A stretch of 64,000 nt of DNA from Micrococcales bacterium (lineage in GTDB: Bacteria; Actinomycetota; Actinomycetes; Actinomycetales; Microbacteriaceae). The translations under genes and the position numbers were made by a program. The notes beneath the pieces were generated by a model. That model had not been told where the DNA came from and searched no databases. It saw nothing but the letters and a program-made list of their open reading frames with translations. Shown in pieces: positions 8,214-19,462 of the stretch. The DNA is taken from positions 9,071 to 73,070 of the forward strand of contig CANKLZ010000001.1 of NCBI GenBank assembly GCA_947483795.1, read 5' to 3'. How positions within the stretch are numbered: position 1 is the stretch's first letter; each line of letters begins with the position of its first letter.

Positions 8214-9580
8214 CAGCAGTGTTCTGGTTTAGAAGAGATCTCCGACTTCAAGACAATGAAGCGCTAACTGCTGCTTTCGACTCTGCACCAGATGGGGTCG
8301 TTGCTGTTTTTATGTTCAATGAGCCTGATTACCAAGAACTTGAAGGAATCAGGCAGCATAGCTTGACGGAATCACTCAGATCCCTGAGCGGGGACATCAA
8401 TGGACAGTTGAACATTGTTTCGGTCAAATCAGCATCTGAGTTTGCCGAAAGGCTGATACAACTGTGCCAGTCATGCCAAATCTCTAAAGTCTTCGCAATG
8501 CAGTCATTCGACCCTAAAGGTGTTTCTGAACAGAAATTGGTTCTGGAAGCTCTCAAAGTTGAAAGCATCGAGTTGCAACTAATTGGTTCAGCATATGCTG
8601 TCTTGCCAGGCACCGTTTCTAAGCCTGATGGCGAAAACTATCGCGTTTACACACCTTTTTTCAAGGCTTGGTCACAGCTAGCAGATGTCGTACCAAAGTC
8701 ACTACCCAGCAAACCGAAATGGCTAGCGATAGATGAGACAACTCAAATTCCCACTCCCTCTAAACCTTCACCACTCAAAGTAGTTGCTGGTGAAGCTTTC
8801 GCCTTAAGAACATTTGAGCGCTTCATAGATAGAGCTCTTGATAACTATGACGAAGACCGAAATCGTGCTGATCTGAGTGGAACCGCGCATCTTTCACATG
8901 CCTTGGCTCACGGTGAGATACATCCGAGAACACTATTGGCTCGACTAGGTGACTCCAAGGGTCATGAAGTTTTTCGAAAGGAAATAGCATGGCGTGAGTT
9001 CTACGCTGATGTGCTCTTTCACTATCCACACACAGTCGACGACTACTACGAACCAAGATTCAAGAAACTTCGCTATGACACGGGCGCTGTTGCCGACAAA
9101 CGTTTTGACGCTTGGTGCAAGGGTGAAACAGGTTACCCAATGGTCGATGCTGGCATGAGGCAGCTACTGGCCGAAGGCTGGATGCATAACAGAGTAAGGA
9201 TGATTGTTGCTTCTTTTCTTGTTAAAGACCTGCATATCGAGTGGACTCGAGGAGCCGAGCACTTCGAGGCGCATCTCAGTGACTTCGATCCAGCCTCAAA
9301 CTCGCACGGATGGCAGTGGACAGCAGGTTGCGGCACAGATGCCTCACCTTACTACCGAATCTTTAATCCAATCTTGCAGGGCCTCAAATTTGACCCTGAA
9401 GGCGACTATGTCCGCAAATACATTCCTGAACTAAGGCATCTACCAGGTTCCTCAGCTCATGAGCCTTGGGAACTCTTTGATGGTTACGCAAATGGTTATC
9501 CGGAGCAGATAGTGGATCATGCGCAGGAGCGCAATGAATCGTTAGCTCGACTCGAAGAGTTGAAAAATCTAATTTCCTAG
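8210..9580 (+). CDS. phr: Deoxyribodipyrimidine (CPD) photolyase / cryptochrome family protein
   Basis: WFRRDLRLQDN, WREFY, TGYPMVDAGMRQL, GWMHNRVRM, GWQW, RIFNP. Confidence 0.93.
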   Translation: MTAVFWFRRDLRLQDNEALTAAFDSAPDGVVAVFMFNEPDYQELEGIRQHSLTESLRSLSGDINGQLNIVSVKSASEFAERLIQLCQSCQISKVFAMQSFDPKGVSEQKLVLEALKVESIELQLIGSAYAVLPGTVSKPDGENYRVYTPFFKAWSQLADVVPKSLPSKPKWLAIDETTQIPTPSKPSPLKVVAGEAFALRTFERFIDRALDNYDEDRNRADLSGTAHLSHALAHGEIHPRTLLARLGDSKGHEVFRKEIAWREFYADVLFHYPHTVDDYYEPRFKKLRYDTGAVADKRFDAWCKGETGYPMVDAGMRQLLAEGWMHNRVRMIVASFLVKDLHIEWTRGAEHFEAHLSDFDPASNSHGWQWTAGCGTDASPYYRIFNPILQGLKFDPEGDYVRKYIPELRHLPGSSAHEPWELFDGYANGYPEQIVDHAQERNESLARLEELKNLIS

Positions 9581-10512
9581 AAGATTTTGATAAACACCAG
9601 AGGATCTACTCCGATGGCAATAAACAAGACGGTTAGGTAAGAAATCGAAAAGTGGAATAACTTCATCGGATTCTTAACCAATCCAGCCTTGGTCTTCTTT
9701 TGAAGTAAATGAGACTCAACGATGAACCAAATTCCACCGATAATGGCGGTCATGCTGTAAATCAACCCCATTGGGTGAACCGGAATCAGTAGCAGAGTTG
9801 ATGCAACCATTGCATAGCTGTAAAGAACTATTTGCTTGGCTACATTATTGCTATCCGCCACCACCGGAAGCATAGGTACGCCTGCTGCCTTATAGTCTTC
9901 AAGGTATTTGATAGACAACGGCCAATAGTGAGGCGGAGTCCACAGAAAGATCATTAGAAACAGGACCGCTGCGGACCAGGTCACTGTTCCAGTAACGGAG
10001 CTAAAGCCAATAAGTACGGGCATGGCTCCCGCTGCTCCTCCCCAAACAATGTTCTGGGCCGTTCTTCTCTTCAACAGCAGCGTATAGATGAAAATGTAGA
10101 ACAATTCGGCAGAAAGAGCCAGGATTGCGCTTAGCCAGTTGACCATAAAACCAAGCCACAGCACAGCGAGAACACCTATGGCAACGGCGAAGAATTTGGC
10201 CTCAAACAAGGTCAAGTGTCCAGTAACTAGAGGTCTTTTCTGGGTTCTACCCATAATTTTGTCAATATCTGCGTCGATTATGCAGTTGAAGGCATTCGCA
10301 GAGCCGGCACTAAGCGATCCACCAATCAAAGTAGCTAGAACTAGCCATAGATTTGGAATTCCCTGTTGAGCGAGAATCATCACTGGAACGGTAGTTATAA
10401 GCAACAACTCGATGACTCTTGGCTTAGTCAAAGCGAAGTACGCAGCGAGCTTACGACCAAAAGAAATGTTGGTTTCTAAGCGCTCAGGGTTGATTTTTAC
10501 GGAGGAAGTCAT
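9577..10512 (-). CDS. ctaB: Heme O synthase (protoheme IX farnesyltransferase)
   Basis: LTKPRVIELLL, DADIDKIMGRT, WTPPHYW. ATG at 10512 sits 7 nt after TAGACT (ORF track extends to 10602). Confidence 0.93.
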   Translation of the reverse strand: MTSSVKINPERLETNISFGRKLAAYFALTKPRVIELLLITTVPVMILAQQGIPNLWLVLATLIGGSLSAGSANAFNCIIDADIDKIMGRTQKRPLVTGHLTLFEAKFFAVAIGVLAVLWLGFMVNWLSAILALSAELFYIFIYTLLLKRRTAQNIVWGGAAGAMPVLIGFSSVTGTVTWSAAVLFLMIFLWTPPHYWPLSIKYLEDYKAAGVPMLPVVADSNNVAKQIVLYSYAMVASTLLLIPVHPMGLIYSMTAIIGGIWFIVESHLLQKKTKAGLVKNPMKLFHFSISYLTVLFIAIGVDPLVFIKIF

Positions 10513-10699
10513 CCCTGCCAGTCTAAGCGAAATAGATTCTTCCGTTACAAATCCGTAATCAAATAGTGTGTCGGGTATAGACTTCAAAGGCACTAGAAAC
10601 AACCAATTTGGGCTAAAAATGACGGCTCAGATATGCGAAAAGGGCAAAGAAGCCATTAGTAAGCAATATTCGACTCAAAAACACTAAGGAGAACGTGTC

Positions 10700-12790
10700 G
10701 TGTCACTAATCTGGGACAACATTGATTCAAAATCTGTAGATACAGCGCGTATTCTGGCTGCTGACGCAGTTGAAAAGGTCGGTAATGGCCATCCGGGAAC
10801 CGCAATATCACTGGCTCCTGTTGCCTATCTCCTATTCCAAAAGGTTATGTGTCACGATCCAGCAGATGAGAAATGGACTGGCCGTGATCGCTTTATTCTC
10901 AGTGTTGGCCACTCTTCTCTAACTATTTACAATCAGCTTTACTTAGCTGGTTACGGTCTTGAACTTGATGACATCAAGTCGCTTAGAACTTGGGGTTCGG
11001 CAACCCCTGGTCACCCTGAGTATGGACACACCAAGGGCGTTGAAATTACTACTGGCCCACTTGGGCAAGGTTTAGCTTCGGCCACCGGTTTTGCGTACGC
11101 AGCCAGATTTGAAAGAGGTCTATACGACCCGGAAACTCCAAAAGGTGAGAGTGCATTTGACCACTTCATCTATGTGATTGCCGGTGACGGTGACATGCAA
11201 GAAGGTGTCACTAGCGAGGCAGCATCGCTGGCAGGGCACCAACAACTTGGGAACCTTGTGGTTATCTATGACTCCAATCAAATTTCCATTGAAGATGACA
11301 CCAATATTGCCTTCACTGAAGACCTAACTGCTCGATACAACTCCTACGGTTGGCATACCCAGATAGTTGACTGGAAAAAGACAGGCAACTATGTCGAAGA
11401 TATTGCCGAACTGTATTCAGCCATCGAAAAAGCTAAAGCAGAAACAACTAAGCCTTCGCTAATCACGCTTAGAACAATCATCGGTTGGCCTTCACCTAAA
11501 AAGCAGAACACTGGAAAGATTCACGGCTCAGCTTTAGGTGCGGAAGAACTTGCAGGACTAAAGGCTGCCTTAGGCTTCGATCCAGAACAAACTTTCGAAG
11601 TAACCGCAGAGGTTATCGATCACACTCGAGGCAATGCTGCTTCTAGGGCACAAGAAGCGAGATTAGTTTGGCAGGCAAAGTTCGATGCATGGGCTGCTGC
11701 TAACCCAGAACAAAAGAAGCTTTACGACAGAGTTCAGTCAGGTCAAACACCAGTTGAACTTGCATCATCACTTCCTTCATTTGAAGGTGGAACTGAGATT
11801 TCAACTCGTTCTGCCAGCGGAAAAGTTATCAATGCAATTGCAAAGGTAATGCCTGAGCTTTGGGGTGGATCTGCGGACCTCGCAGAATCAAATAACACCA
11901 CCATTGAAGGAGCAAAATCATTCGTACCTGCTGAATGGTCAACTCACGAATGGACTGGAACTCCATACGGTCGCGTTCTGCACTTTGGAATTCGTGAACA
12001 CGCGATGGGTGCAATTCTCAACGGTATCGTGCTGCACGGAAACACGCGAGTGTTCGGTGGAACGTTCCTTATCTTTAGCGACTACATGAGACCAGCTGTT
12101 CGACTTGCTGCACTAATGAAGGTTCCATCAATCTTCGTCTGGACACACGACAGCGTTGCATTGGGTGAGGATGGTCCTACACACCAGCCTGTTGAACAAC
12201 TGGCAACCCTTCGTGCTATTCCTGGTCTAGACATGGTTCGTCCAGGAGATGCAAACGAAGTTGCTTACGCGTGGAAGACAATCTTGGAACGTAGAAGTAA
12301 CCCTGCTGGAATTGCGCTAACTAGACAGAACATTCCTGTGTTCAAGCGTGGCGAAGCTGATGAAACAGGTGCAGTGTTTGCCTCTGCTGAGCTAACCTCC
12401 AAAGGCGCTTACACACTTATCGATGCATCAAACTCAAAGCCAGAACTCATCCTCATTGCAACAGGTTCTGAAGTTCAGCTTGCCGTTGCTGCTAGAGCAA
12501 TACTTGAAGCTGAAGGAATCAAGACACGAGTTGTCTCTGCACCATGTGTTGAGTGGTTCGATGAGCAGTCTGATTCATATCAAGAGTCAATCCTCCCAGC
12601 TGATGTTGTAGCGAGAGTTTCTGTTGAAGCAGGTCTCTCACTTGGTTGGAGTAAGTATGTCGGTCGTTCAGGTGAGAGTGTATCCATTGAACACTTCGGA
12701 GCTTCAGCTGACTACAAAACACTATTCAGAGAATTCGGCATGACTACAGAAGCCGTTGTCAAAGCCGCTCACAAATCCCTTAGTAACTAA
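10700..12790 (+). CDS. tkt: Transketolase
   Basis: [36 protein letters not shown]; RBS AAGGAG. Confidence 0.97.
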   Translation: MSLIWDNIDSKSVDTARILAADAVEKVGNGHPGTAISLAPVAYLLFQKVMCHDPADEKWTGRDRFILSVGHSSLTIYNQLYLAGYGLELDDIKSLRTWGSATPGHPEYGHTKGVEITTGPLGQGLASATGFAYAARFERGLYDPETPKGESAFDHFIYVIAGDGDMQEGVTSEAASLAGHQQLGNLVVIYDSNQISIEDDTNIAFTEDLTARYNSYGWHTQIVDWKKTGNYVEDIAELYSAIEKAKAETTKPSLITLRTIIGWPSPKKQNTGKIHGSALGAEELAGLKAALGFDPEQTFEVTAEVIDHTRGNAASRAQEARLVWQAKFDAWAAANPEQKKLYDRVQSGQTPVELASSLPSFEGGTEISTRSASGKVINAIAKVMPELWGGSADLAESNNTTIEGAKSFVPAEWSTHEWTGTPYGRVLHFGIREHAMGAILNGIVLHGNTRVFGGTFLIFSDYMRPAVRLAALMKVPSIFVWTHDSVALGEDGPTHQPVEQLATLRAIPGLDMVRPGDANEVAYAWKTILERRSNPAGIALTRQNIPVFKRGEADETGAVFASAELTSKGAYTLIDASNSKPELILIATGSEVQLAVAARAILEAEGIKTRVVSAPCVEWFDEQSDSYQESILPADVVARVSVEAGLSLGWSKYVGRSGESVSIEHFGASADYKTLFREFGMTTEAVVKAAHKSLSN

Positions 12791-12810
12791 AAATCAACAG
12801 GAGAAAAACA

Positions 12811-13917
12811 ATGACCAGTCCCCTAGCTCAGGTAACAGCAAACGGCGTTAGCATTTGGCTTGACGATCTGTCAAGAACAAGAATTTCTTCTGGTGCTCTA
12901 GCGGAACTAATTCACTCAAGGAATGTTGTTGGGGTCACTACCAACCCGACAATCTTTGCTCAGTCCATAGGTAAGGGCGAAGGCTATGGAGACCAAGTTG
13001 CTCAACTAGCTGGGGCTGGCGCAACAGCTACCGAAGCAATCTTCGAAATCACAACTAAAGATGTCGCAGGTGCATGTGATGTTTTCACTGACGTTTACAA
13101 GTCAAGCCACGGCTTCGATGGACGTGTCTCTATTGAGGTAGAACCAGGACTTGCCAACGATACTGCTGGAACTGTAGCTCAAGCCAAAGAGCTTTTTGCA
13201 AAGGTAAACCGCGAAAACGTAATGATCAAGATCCCTGCAACTAAAGCAGGTCTTGCAGCAATCACAGAAGTTATTTCAAACGGTATCAGCGTAAACGTAA
13301 CCTTGATTTTCTCTCTGCAGCGATACCGAGAAGTAATCGAAGCGTACAAAGCGGGAATTGCTTTGGCTAATGCTTCAGGTAAAGACCTAAGCAAGATTCA
13401 CTCAGTAGCATCTTTCTTCGTATCTCGAGTTGACACAGAAATCGACAAGCGTTTAGTTGCCGTCGGTACAGCAGATGCACTTCAGATGAAGAGCAAAGCA
13501 GCTCTTGCGAACGCCAGACTGGCCTATGAAGTTTTTGAACAAGAATTCGCTAAAGAAGACTGGAGCAATCTTGCTGCAGCGGGTGCTAACAAACAGAGAC
13601 CACTCATGGCATCAACTGGAGTGAAAGATCCTGCACTGAGCGACACCTTGTATGTAACTGAACTAATTGCTCCTGAATTGGTGAACACCATGCCGGAGAA
13701 GACTATGGAAGCAGTTTTTGACCACGGTGTTGTTCCGGCAAACAGCATTACAAGTAAGTACGAAGAAGCCAAGCTTGTGCTTCACACTATCGGCGCAATG
13801 GGTATCTCCTATGACGAAGTAACTGAACTTCTTGAAAAGGAAGGCGTAGATAAATTCATCATATCTTGGAACGAACTAGTTGAATCAGTTGATAACGCAC
13901 TGAAGGCAGCAATCTAA
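12811..13917 (+). CDS. tal: Transaldolase
   Basis: [32 protein letters not shown]. Confidence 0.97.
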   Translation: MTSPLAQVTANGVSIWLDDLSRTRISSGALAELIHSRNVVGVTTNPTIFAQSIGKGEGYGDQVAQLAGAGATATEAIFEITTKDVAGACDVFTDVYKSSHGFDGRVSIEVEPGLANDTAGTVAQAKELFAKVNRENVMIKIPATKAGLAAITEVISNGISVNVTLIFSLQRYREVIEAYKAGIALANASGKDLSKIHSVASFFVSRVDTEIDKRLVAVGTADALQMKSKAALANARLAYEVFEQEFAKEDWSNLAAAGANKQRPLMASTGVKDPALSDTLYVTELIAPELVNTMPEKTMEAVFDHGVVPANSITSKYEEAKLVLHTIGAMGISYDEVTELLEKEGVDKFIISWNELVESVDNALKAAI

Positions 13918-15515
13918 TGGCACTCAGCGTAAGAGCCTACGGTTCCGCTAAACAGGCTGTCGAAAGCAATATCCAAGCACTTGTAGACGAGAAGGTAGCA
14001 AGTCGTATTGCTAAAAAAGATTTCACACTTTGGGGTCCAGAAGCAGAAGCAGAGTCGGCTATAAGACTTGGTTGGGTCAATTCAGTTACTGATTCCAAAG
14101 CTTTAGTGGCTGACATTCTTTCATTACGCGATGACTTTAGAAGTAAGGGAATCAATCGCTTTGTTCTTTGTGGCATGGGTGGCTCCTCACTAGCACCTGA
14201 AGTAATCACCAACAAGTACGGCGTTGAATTAGTTGTATTAGATTCGACCTCCCCTGATCAGGTTCGATCAGTTGTTGAGCAGGAAATTGAACGCACTGCA
14301 ATCATTGTTTCGTCTAAGTCAGGTTCTACTGTTGAAACTGATTCTCAGAAGCGTATTTTCGAAGAAGCATTTACCAATGCAGGCATTGAAAAAACAGAGC
14401 GCATAGTTATTGTCACCGACCCTGGTTCGCCTATGGAGGCAGCAGCAAAGGCGGATGGCTACAAGGTCTTTAACGCAGACCCAACCGTCGGCGGAAGATA
14501 TTCTGCTCTTACTGCTTTCGGTTTGGTACCCTCAGGCTTTGCTGGCGTAGACATTGAAGAACTTATTGAGCAGGCTAATCAAGCATCGACTGTTTTGGCA
14601 GAAGACTCGCTGGATAATCCAGGCCTTGTGCTCGGCGCTGCGCTAGCAAGAACAATTAATGGTCAAGGCTTTAAGGACAAGATTGGATTACTTGCTGATC
14701 AAGCATCGCTACCTGGTTTCGGTGACTGGATTGAACAGCTTGTTGCCGAGTCAACCGGTAAGCATTCAAAGGGTGTTCTTCCTGTTGTGTTACAGGCAAT
14801 TAGTTATGAAACCTTCGCGGACCTAAACGATATGTTGTTAGTTGACATATCAGCAGAGAAAAACGTTGAACTAAGTGAAGGGGTCAGCGTCTTTGCTCCC
14901 CTAGGCGCTCAATTCCTTCTGTGGGAGTACGCTACCGTCGTAGCGAGTCGACTACTTGGCATTAACCCGTTTGATCAGCCAGATGTTGAATCAGCAAAGA
15001 TTGCGGCACGTGGAATGCTTGAACAAAGAGCTGCTGTCACAACAAGCGAGCATTCTTTCGATTCAATTGAAGTCAGTTCCCTAGGCATTGATTTGTCAGG
15101 CGTAACCGGAGTTGCAACTGCTTTGGTCAAGCTGTTATCTGAACTCGCCTCAGATGGTTATGTTTCAGTTCACGCTTACATGGATAGAACTGCTCCAGTA
15201 AACGCAGAAGCTCTTCGAGATGCTCTTGCCTCGGTTTCGGACCGTCCGACAACCTTCGGTTGGGCACCTAGATTCCTCCACTCGACTGGTCAATATCACA
15301 AGGGCGGTCCACGTCAGGGTGTTTTCCTGCAGCTAGTTGCGAAGCCTGCTCAAGATGTTCAAGTACCAGGCAGAGATTTCACTTTCGGTGATCTCATTGC
15401 CTCGCAAGCTGCCGGTGATGCCAAAGTTCTTGCAGCTCTTGGACGTCCCGTTCTGACTTTAACATTGAACAACCCAGTAGAAGATTTCAATACAGTTGTG
15501 GCAGCAATCGGCTAA
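13917..15515 (+). CDS. pgi: Glucose-6-phosphate isomerase
   Basis: GMGGSSL, SKSGST, GGRYS, NPFDQPDVE, LHSTGQYHKGG. Confidence 0.92.
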   Translation: MALSVRAYGSAKQAVESNIQALVDEKVASRIAKKDFTLWGPEAEAESAIRLGWVNSVTDSKALVADILSLRDDFRSKGINRFVLCGMGGSSLAPEVITNKYGVELVVLDSTSPDQVRSVVEQEIERTAIIVSSKSGSTVETDSQKRIFEEAFTNAGIEKTERIVIVTDPGSPMEAAAKADGYKVFNADPTVGGRYSALTAFGLVPSGFAGVDIEELIEQANQASTVLAEDSLDNPGLVLGAALARTINGQGFKDKIGLLADQASLPGFGDWIEQLVAESTGKHSKGVLPVVLQAISYETFADLNDMLLVDISAEKNVELSEGVSVFAPLGAQFLLWEYATVVASRLLGINPFDQPDVESAKIAARGMLEQRAAVTTSEHSFDSIEVSSLGIDLSGVTGVATALVKLLSELASDGYVSVHAYMDRTAPVNAEALRDALASVSDRPTTFGWAPRFLHSTGQYHKGGPRQGVFLQLVAKPAQDVQVPGRDFTFGDLIASQAAGDAKVLAALGRPVLTLTLNNPVEDFNTVVAAIG

Positions 15516-15529
15516 GGAGAAACAAACCA

Positions 15530-17071
15530 ATGGTTGAAGTGAAGTTAGGTCACGGAGCTAATCCGCTCAGAGACCCACTGGATCGAAGACTCAATCGTAT
15601 CGCCGGACCATCCGGGCTAATTATTTTTGGTGTTACCGGTGACCTCAGTCGTAAAAAACTCATGCCTGCCGTGTATGACCTTGCCAACCGTGGCTTGTTA
15701 CCTCCTGGCTTCTCGCTCGTAGGTTTCGCCAGAAGAGATTGGGAAGATCAGGACTTCGGACAAGTTGTCAAGGATGCCGTTAAGGAATATTCAAGAACAC
15801 CTTGGAGTGAAGAAATCTGGGCTCAGCTCTCTAGAGGAATTCGTTTTGTTTCTGGCGAGTTTGGTGATGACGCAGCTTTTGACAAGTTGCGTGAAGTAAT
15901 CGAAGAACTAGATGCTGAACGTGGAACCAACGGCAATCACGCCTTCTATCTGAGCATTCCTCCGAAAGCCTTTCCCTTGGTAACTCAGCAACTTTCCAGG
16001 TCAGGACTCGCAGATCGGAAACCAGACCAATTCAGACGAGTGGTCATTGAAAAGCCCTTTGGCCATGATTTGCAATCTGCTCGTGAACTCAATGAAGTTG
16101 TTGAGTCTGTATTCCCAGCCGATTCTATTTTTAGAATTGACCACTACTTGGGTAAAGAGACCGTTCAGAACATTCTGGCCTTGAGATTTGCTAATCAACT
16201 TTACGAACCGCTTTGGAACAACAATTACATCGATCATGTTCAGATCACTATGGCTGAAGACATTGGAGTTGGTGGAAGAGCCGGTTACTACGACGGTATC
16301 GGTGCGGCTAGGGATGTCATTCAGAACCACTTGCTACAACTACTAGCCTTGACCGCCATGGAAGAGCCTGTCTCATTCGATGCTGCCGACCTTAGAGCAG
16401 AAAAGGAGAAGGTTCTTTCAGCAGTAAGGCTTCCAGATGATATCGGAAAGCACACCTCTCGAGGTCAGTATGTAGGTGGTTGGCAGGGTGGTGAAAAGGT
16501 TACTGGATTTCTCGATGAAGATGGCATGAATCCTGAGTCAGTGACTGAAACCTTCGCAGCCATGAGGTTGGATATCAACACTCGTCGTTGGGCTGGAGTT
16601 CCTTTCTATCTACGTGCAGGAAAAAGGCTAGGTAGAAGAGTTACTGAAATAGCAATTGTGTTTAAGCGGGCTCCGCAGCAGATTTTTGGTGCCAGTCAAA
16701 CTTCTGCTCTAGGTCAAAACGCTCTAGTTATTAGAGTTCAACCTGATGAAGGTGTAACCATTAGATTCGGTTCAAAGGTCCCCGGAGTTGGCATGCAGGT
16801 TAGAGATGTGACTATGGACTTTGGTTACGGTCACGCCTTTACTGAAGCTAGTCCTGAAGCCTATGAGCGTCTGATTCTTGATGTGTTGCTTGGTGATCCG
16901 CCACTATTCCCAAGACATGGGGAAGTGGAACTTTCCTGGAAGATTCTTGATCCTATTGAGGAGTATTGGGCCAAGAATGGTAAGCCTGAGCCTTACCGAC
17001 CTGGTACATGGGGACCTGATTCAGCTGATGCGATGATGGCCGTCGACGGTCGAGTTTGGAGAAGACCATGA
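15530..17071 (+). CDS. zwf: Glucose-6-phosphate 1-dehydrogenase
   Basis: FGVTGDL, EKPFG, RIDHYLGKE, DVIQNH. Confidence 0.97.
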   Translation: MVEVKLGHGANPLRDPLDRRLNRIAGPSGLIIFGVTGDLSRKKLMPAVYDLANRGLLPPGFSLVGFARRDWEDQDFGQVVKDAVKEYSRTPWSEEIWAQLSRGIRFVSGEFGDDAAFDKLREVIEELDAERGTNGNHAFYLSIPPKAFPLVTQQLSRSGLADRKPDQFRRVVIEKPFGHDLQSARELNEVVESVFPADSIFRIDHYLGKETVQNILALRFANQLYEPLWNNNYIDHVQITMAEDIGVGGRAGYYDGIGAARDVIQNHLLQLLALTAMEEPVSFDAADLRAEKEKVLSAVRLPDDIGKHTSRGQYVGGWQGGEKVTGFLDEDGMNPESVTETFAAMRLDINTRRWAGVPFYLRAGKRLGRRVTEIAIVFKRAPQQIFGASQTSALGQNALVIRVQPDEGVTIRFGSKVPGVGMQVRDVTMDFGYGHAFTEASPEAYERLILDVLLGDPPLFPRHGEVELSWKILDPIEEYWAKNGKPEPYRPGTWGPDSADAMMAVDGRVWRRP

Positions 17072-18021
17072 TCAAGAACTTACCCAATACAACTACCTCG
17101 CAGATTTCACGAGAGTTGGTAACTATCCGTGAAGAAGGTGGCGCGGTTGCCCTAGGAAGAGTGCTCACTCTCCTAGTTCAAACTAAGTTCTCTGGTATCG
17201 AAGAAGCAATTCTTGCTGCTAATGAAGCATCTAGAGCGCACCCTTGTCGAATCATTGTGTTAGCTGACGAAGATATCCCTAGTGATTCAGAGCCAAGGCT
17301 GGATGCTGAGATACGAGTCGGTGGCGATGCAGGAGCTTCAGAGGTAATCGTCCTAAGTGCCTATGGTGAAGCTGCGAGTGACCCAGAGAGCCTCGTTACC
17401 GGTTTACTTCTTCCTGATGCTCCTGTGGTTGCTTGGTGGCCTGGTGTTGCCCCTGTGAAGCCAGCCACATCTGCAATTGGGCGAATAGCACAACGCAGAA
17501 TTACTGACGCGGCTAGCCAGCCTGATCCAAGAGCCTGGCTAAATTCTCTAGCCGAAAATTACGAACCAGGTGATAGCGATTTCGCTTGGACTCGACTTAC
17601 GCTGTGGCGAGCTCAACTAGCTGCAGTCTTGGATCAACCACCCTTCGACCCAATAACCAAGGTAGTTGTCACCGGTGCTTCAGATTCTCCGAGTACCGAC
17701 CTTCTGGCAGCCTGGTTGGGTCAAAAGCTAGATGTCGAAGTTGAAAGAATCGAAACTGTTCGCGGTCAGGCTGTGTCTGGCATAAAAGGGGTAAAGCTCG
17801 AGAGGGCTTCTGGTGAAATTGAGATTGTGCGCAATATTCCAGATGTTGCGACACTAATCCAACCTTCACAACCAACAAGAGACATTAATCTTCCTAGAAG
17901 ATCTCTCAGGGATTGCCTGATTGAAGACCTTCGTCGCCTAGACAGTGATGACGCTTTCGGCAGTTTGATTGTCTCGGGATTTAGATTGAATAACGGCCCA
18001 AGCAGTGCAGAAGGCTGCTAG
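17068..18021 (+). CDS. opcA: G6PDH assembly protein OpcA
   Basis: HPCRII, LLPDAPVVAWW, DFAWTRLTLWR; ATGA overlap with the zwf stop. Confidence 0.92.
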   Translation: MIKNLPNTTTSQISRELVTIREEGGAVALGRVLTLLVQTKFSGIEEAILAANEASRAHPCRIIVLADEDIPSDSEPRLDAEIRVGGDAGASEVIVLSAYGEAASDPESLVTGLLLPDAPVVAWWPGVAPVKPATSAIGRIAQRRITDAASQPDPRAWLNSLAENYEPGDSDFAWTRLTLWRAQLAAVLDQPPFDPITKVVVTGASDSPSTDLLAAWLGQKLDVEVERIETVRGQAVSGIKGVKLERASGEIEIVRNIPDVATLIQPSQPTRDINLPRRSLRDCLIEDLRRLDSDDAFGSLIVSGFRLNNGPSSAEGC

Positions 18022-18024
18022 GTC

Positions 18025-18756
18025 ATGCGCTCTGTTGAGGTAAGAAAAGCAGTAAACGCAGCGGATGTTGCCAAGCAAGCTGCCGAGGAAATTGTTGAAA
18101 CTCTAAAGTCAGTTCTCCGTTCAAAAGAAGAAGCTCATGTTGCTCTTACGGGAGGAACAGTTGGCATTCTTACTCTGGAGGTGCTGTCCAAAAGCCTAGA
18201 CATAAACCAAATTGATTTTTCAAAAGTCCACTTCTGGTGGGGTGATGAGAGATATATCTCGAGTGATTCAATGGATCGTAATTCAAAACAAGCAAGAGAA
18301 GCTTTCCTGAGCTCAATCGCTGTTCCAGAGTCAAACATTCATGAGTTCCCATCCTCTGATAGCGGCTTAGATTTAGAAGAAGCTAAAAGTAGATTCGAAG
18401 AGTCTTTGCTAGTTGCTTTTGCTGGAGAAAAGCCTGGGATGGACCTAACAATTCTTGGAATGGGCCCAGATGGCCACGTTGCTTCGTTATTTCCTGGTGT
18501 GACACACCCTGCAAGCTTGGTGGTGGCAGTTCACGACTCCCCTAAGCCACCTGCACAGCGTTTATCACTCAACATGGACGTTATTAACAACTCAGCCAAG
18601 GTTCTCTTTGTTGTATCTGGAATTGATAAAGCAGAAGCAGTCGAAGCTGTTCACAAGAATCCTGAATGTGAACTGCCTGCGGCTCAAGTCGAGGCAAATG
18701 GCTTGACCCTGTGGATTATTGATGAAGCTGCTGGCGCATCGTTTTGGAGCTGCTAG
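18025..18756 (+). CDS. pgl: 6-phosphogluconolactonase
   Basis: ALTGG, WGDER, LGMGPDGHVASLFP, SPKPP. Confidence 0.95.
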   Translation: MRSVEVRKAVNAADVAKQAAEEIVETLKSVLRSKEEAHVALTGGTVGILTLEVLSKSLDINQIDFSKVHFWWGDERYISSDSMDRNSKQAREAFLSSIAVPESNIHEFPSSDSGLDLEEAKSRFEESLLVAFAGEKPGMDLTILGMGPDGHVASLFPGVTHPASLVVAVHDSPKPPAQRLSLNMDVINNSAKVLFVVSGIDKAEAVEAVHKNPECELPAAQVEANGLTLWIIDEAAGASFWSC

Positions 18757-19164
18757 TTAGGCTTTGCTTCCTTTAGCGGCTTTCTTAGCCTCGGCTTTAG
18801 CCTCGGCAAGTAAACGGACTCGACGCTCTTTGACGATAGCAACAGCTTCATCTAGTAGATCTTTTGCCTCTTGAGCTGTTCTTCTTTCCTTAACATACGC
18901 TAAGTGCGTTTTGTAAGGTTCGTGCTTAGCGATCTGCGGTGGATTGTCTTTGTCTTGGCCTGCAGGTAGTCCACAGTGCTGACAATCCAGCTCAACGGGC
19001 AACTCTGCCGGATCAACGCTTGCTGCAAATGAGGCGGAGAAACTGTGGTTATTGAAACAGTAGTAAGTAAGTTTTACTCGCTCGGCTTGAAAGCCGTTGT
19101 CCTGCTCGCCCATTGGGCCAGCTCCGACACGTGAACCTCTAATCGCTGCTGTATTACCGCTCAT
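18757..19164 (-). CDS. rbpA: RNA polymerase-binding protein RbpA
   Basis: IRGSRVG, YYCxxxH, CQHCGLPA, KTHLAYVKERRT; follows secG. Confidence 0.9.
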   Translation of the reverse strand: MSGNTAAIRGSRVGAGPMGEQDNGFQAERVKLTYYCFNNHSFSASFAASVDPAELPVELDCQHCGLPAGQDKDNPPQIAKHEPYKTHLAYVKERRTAQEAKDLLDEAVAIVKERRVRLLAEAKAEAKKAAKGSKA

Positions 19165-19167
19165 GGG

Positions 19168-19416
19168 TTATGCCCAAGAATAAGTTGATGCTAGACCCAG
19201 AATGATGACCGCTGTCACCCAGACTAGACCTAGGATGATTGTGATTCTGTTGAGGTTACGCTCGGCAACACCTGATGAACCCATAGTGGTGTTGATACCA
19301 CCACCAAACATGTCGCTGAGTCCGCCACCGCGGCCCTTGTGAAGCAAGATAAGTAGGGTTAGCAAAAGGCTGGTGACGCCAAGAAGGATTCTTAGGGCGA
19401 TGATGATACCGATCAT
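19168..19416 (-). CDS. secG: Preprotein translocase subunit SecG
   Basis: ILLHKGRGGGLSDMFGGG, AERNLNRIT. Confidence 0.95.
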   Translation of the reverse strand: MIGIIIALRILLGVTSLLLTLLILLHKGRGGGLSDMFGGGINTTMGSSGVAERNLNRITIILGLVWVTAVIILGLASTYSWA

Positions 19417-19462
19417 GTTTTTAGTCTTTCTTCTATCAGAGACTTGTCGTCTCCCTTGTAAA

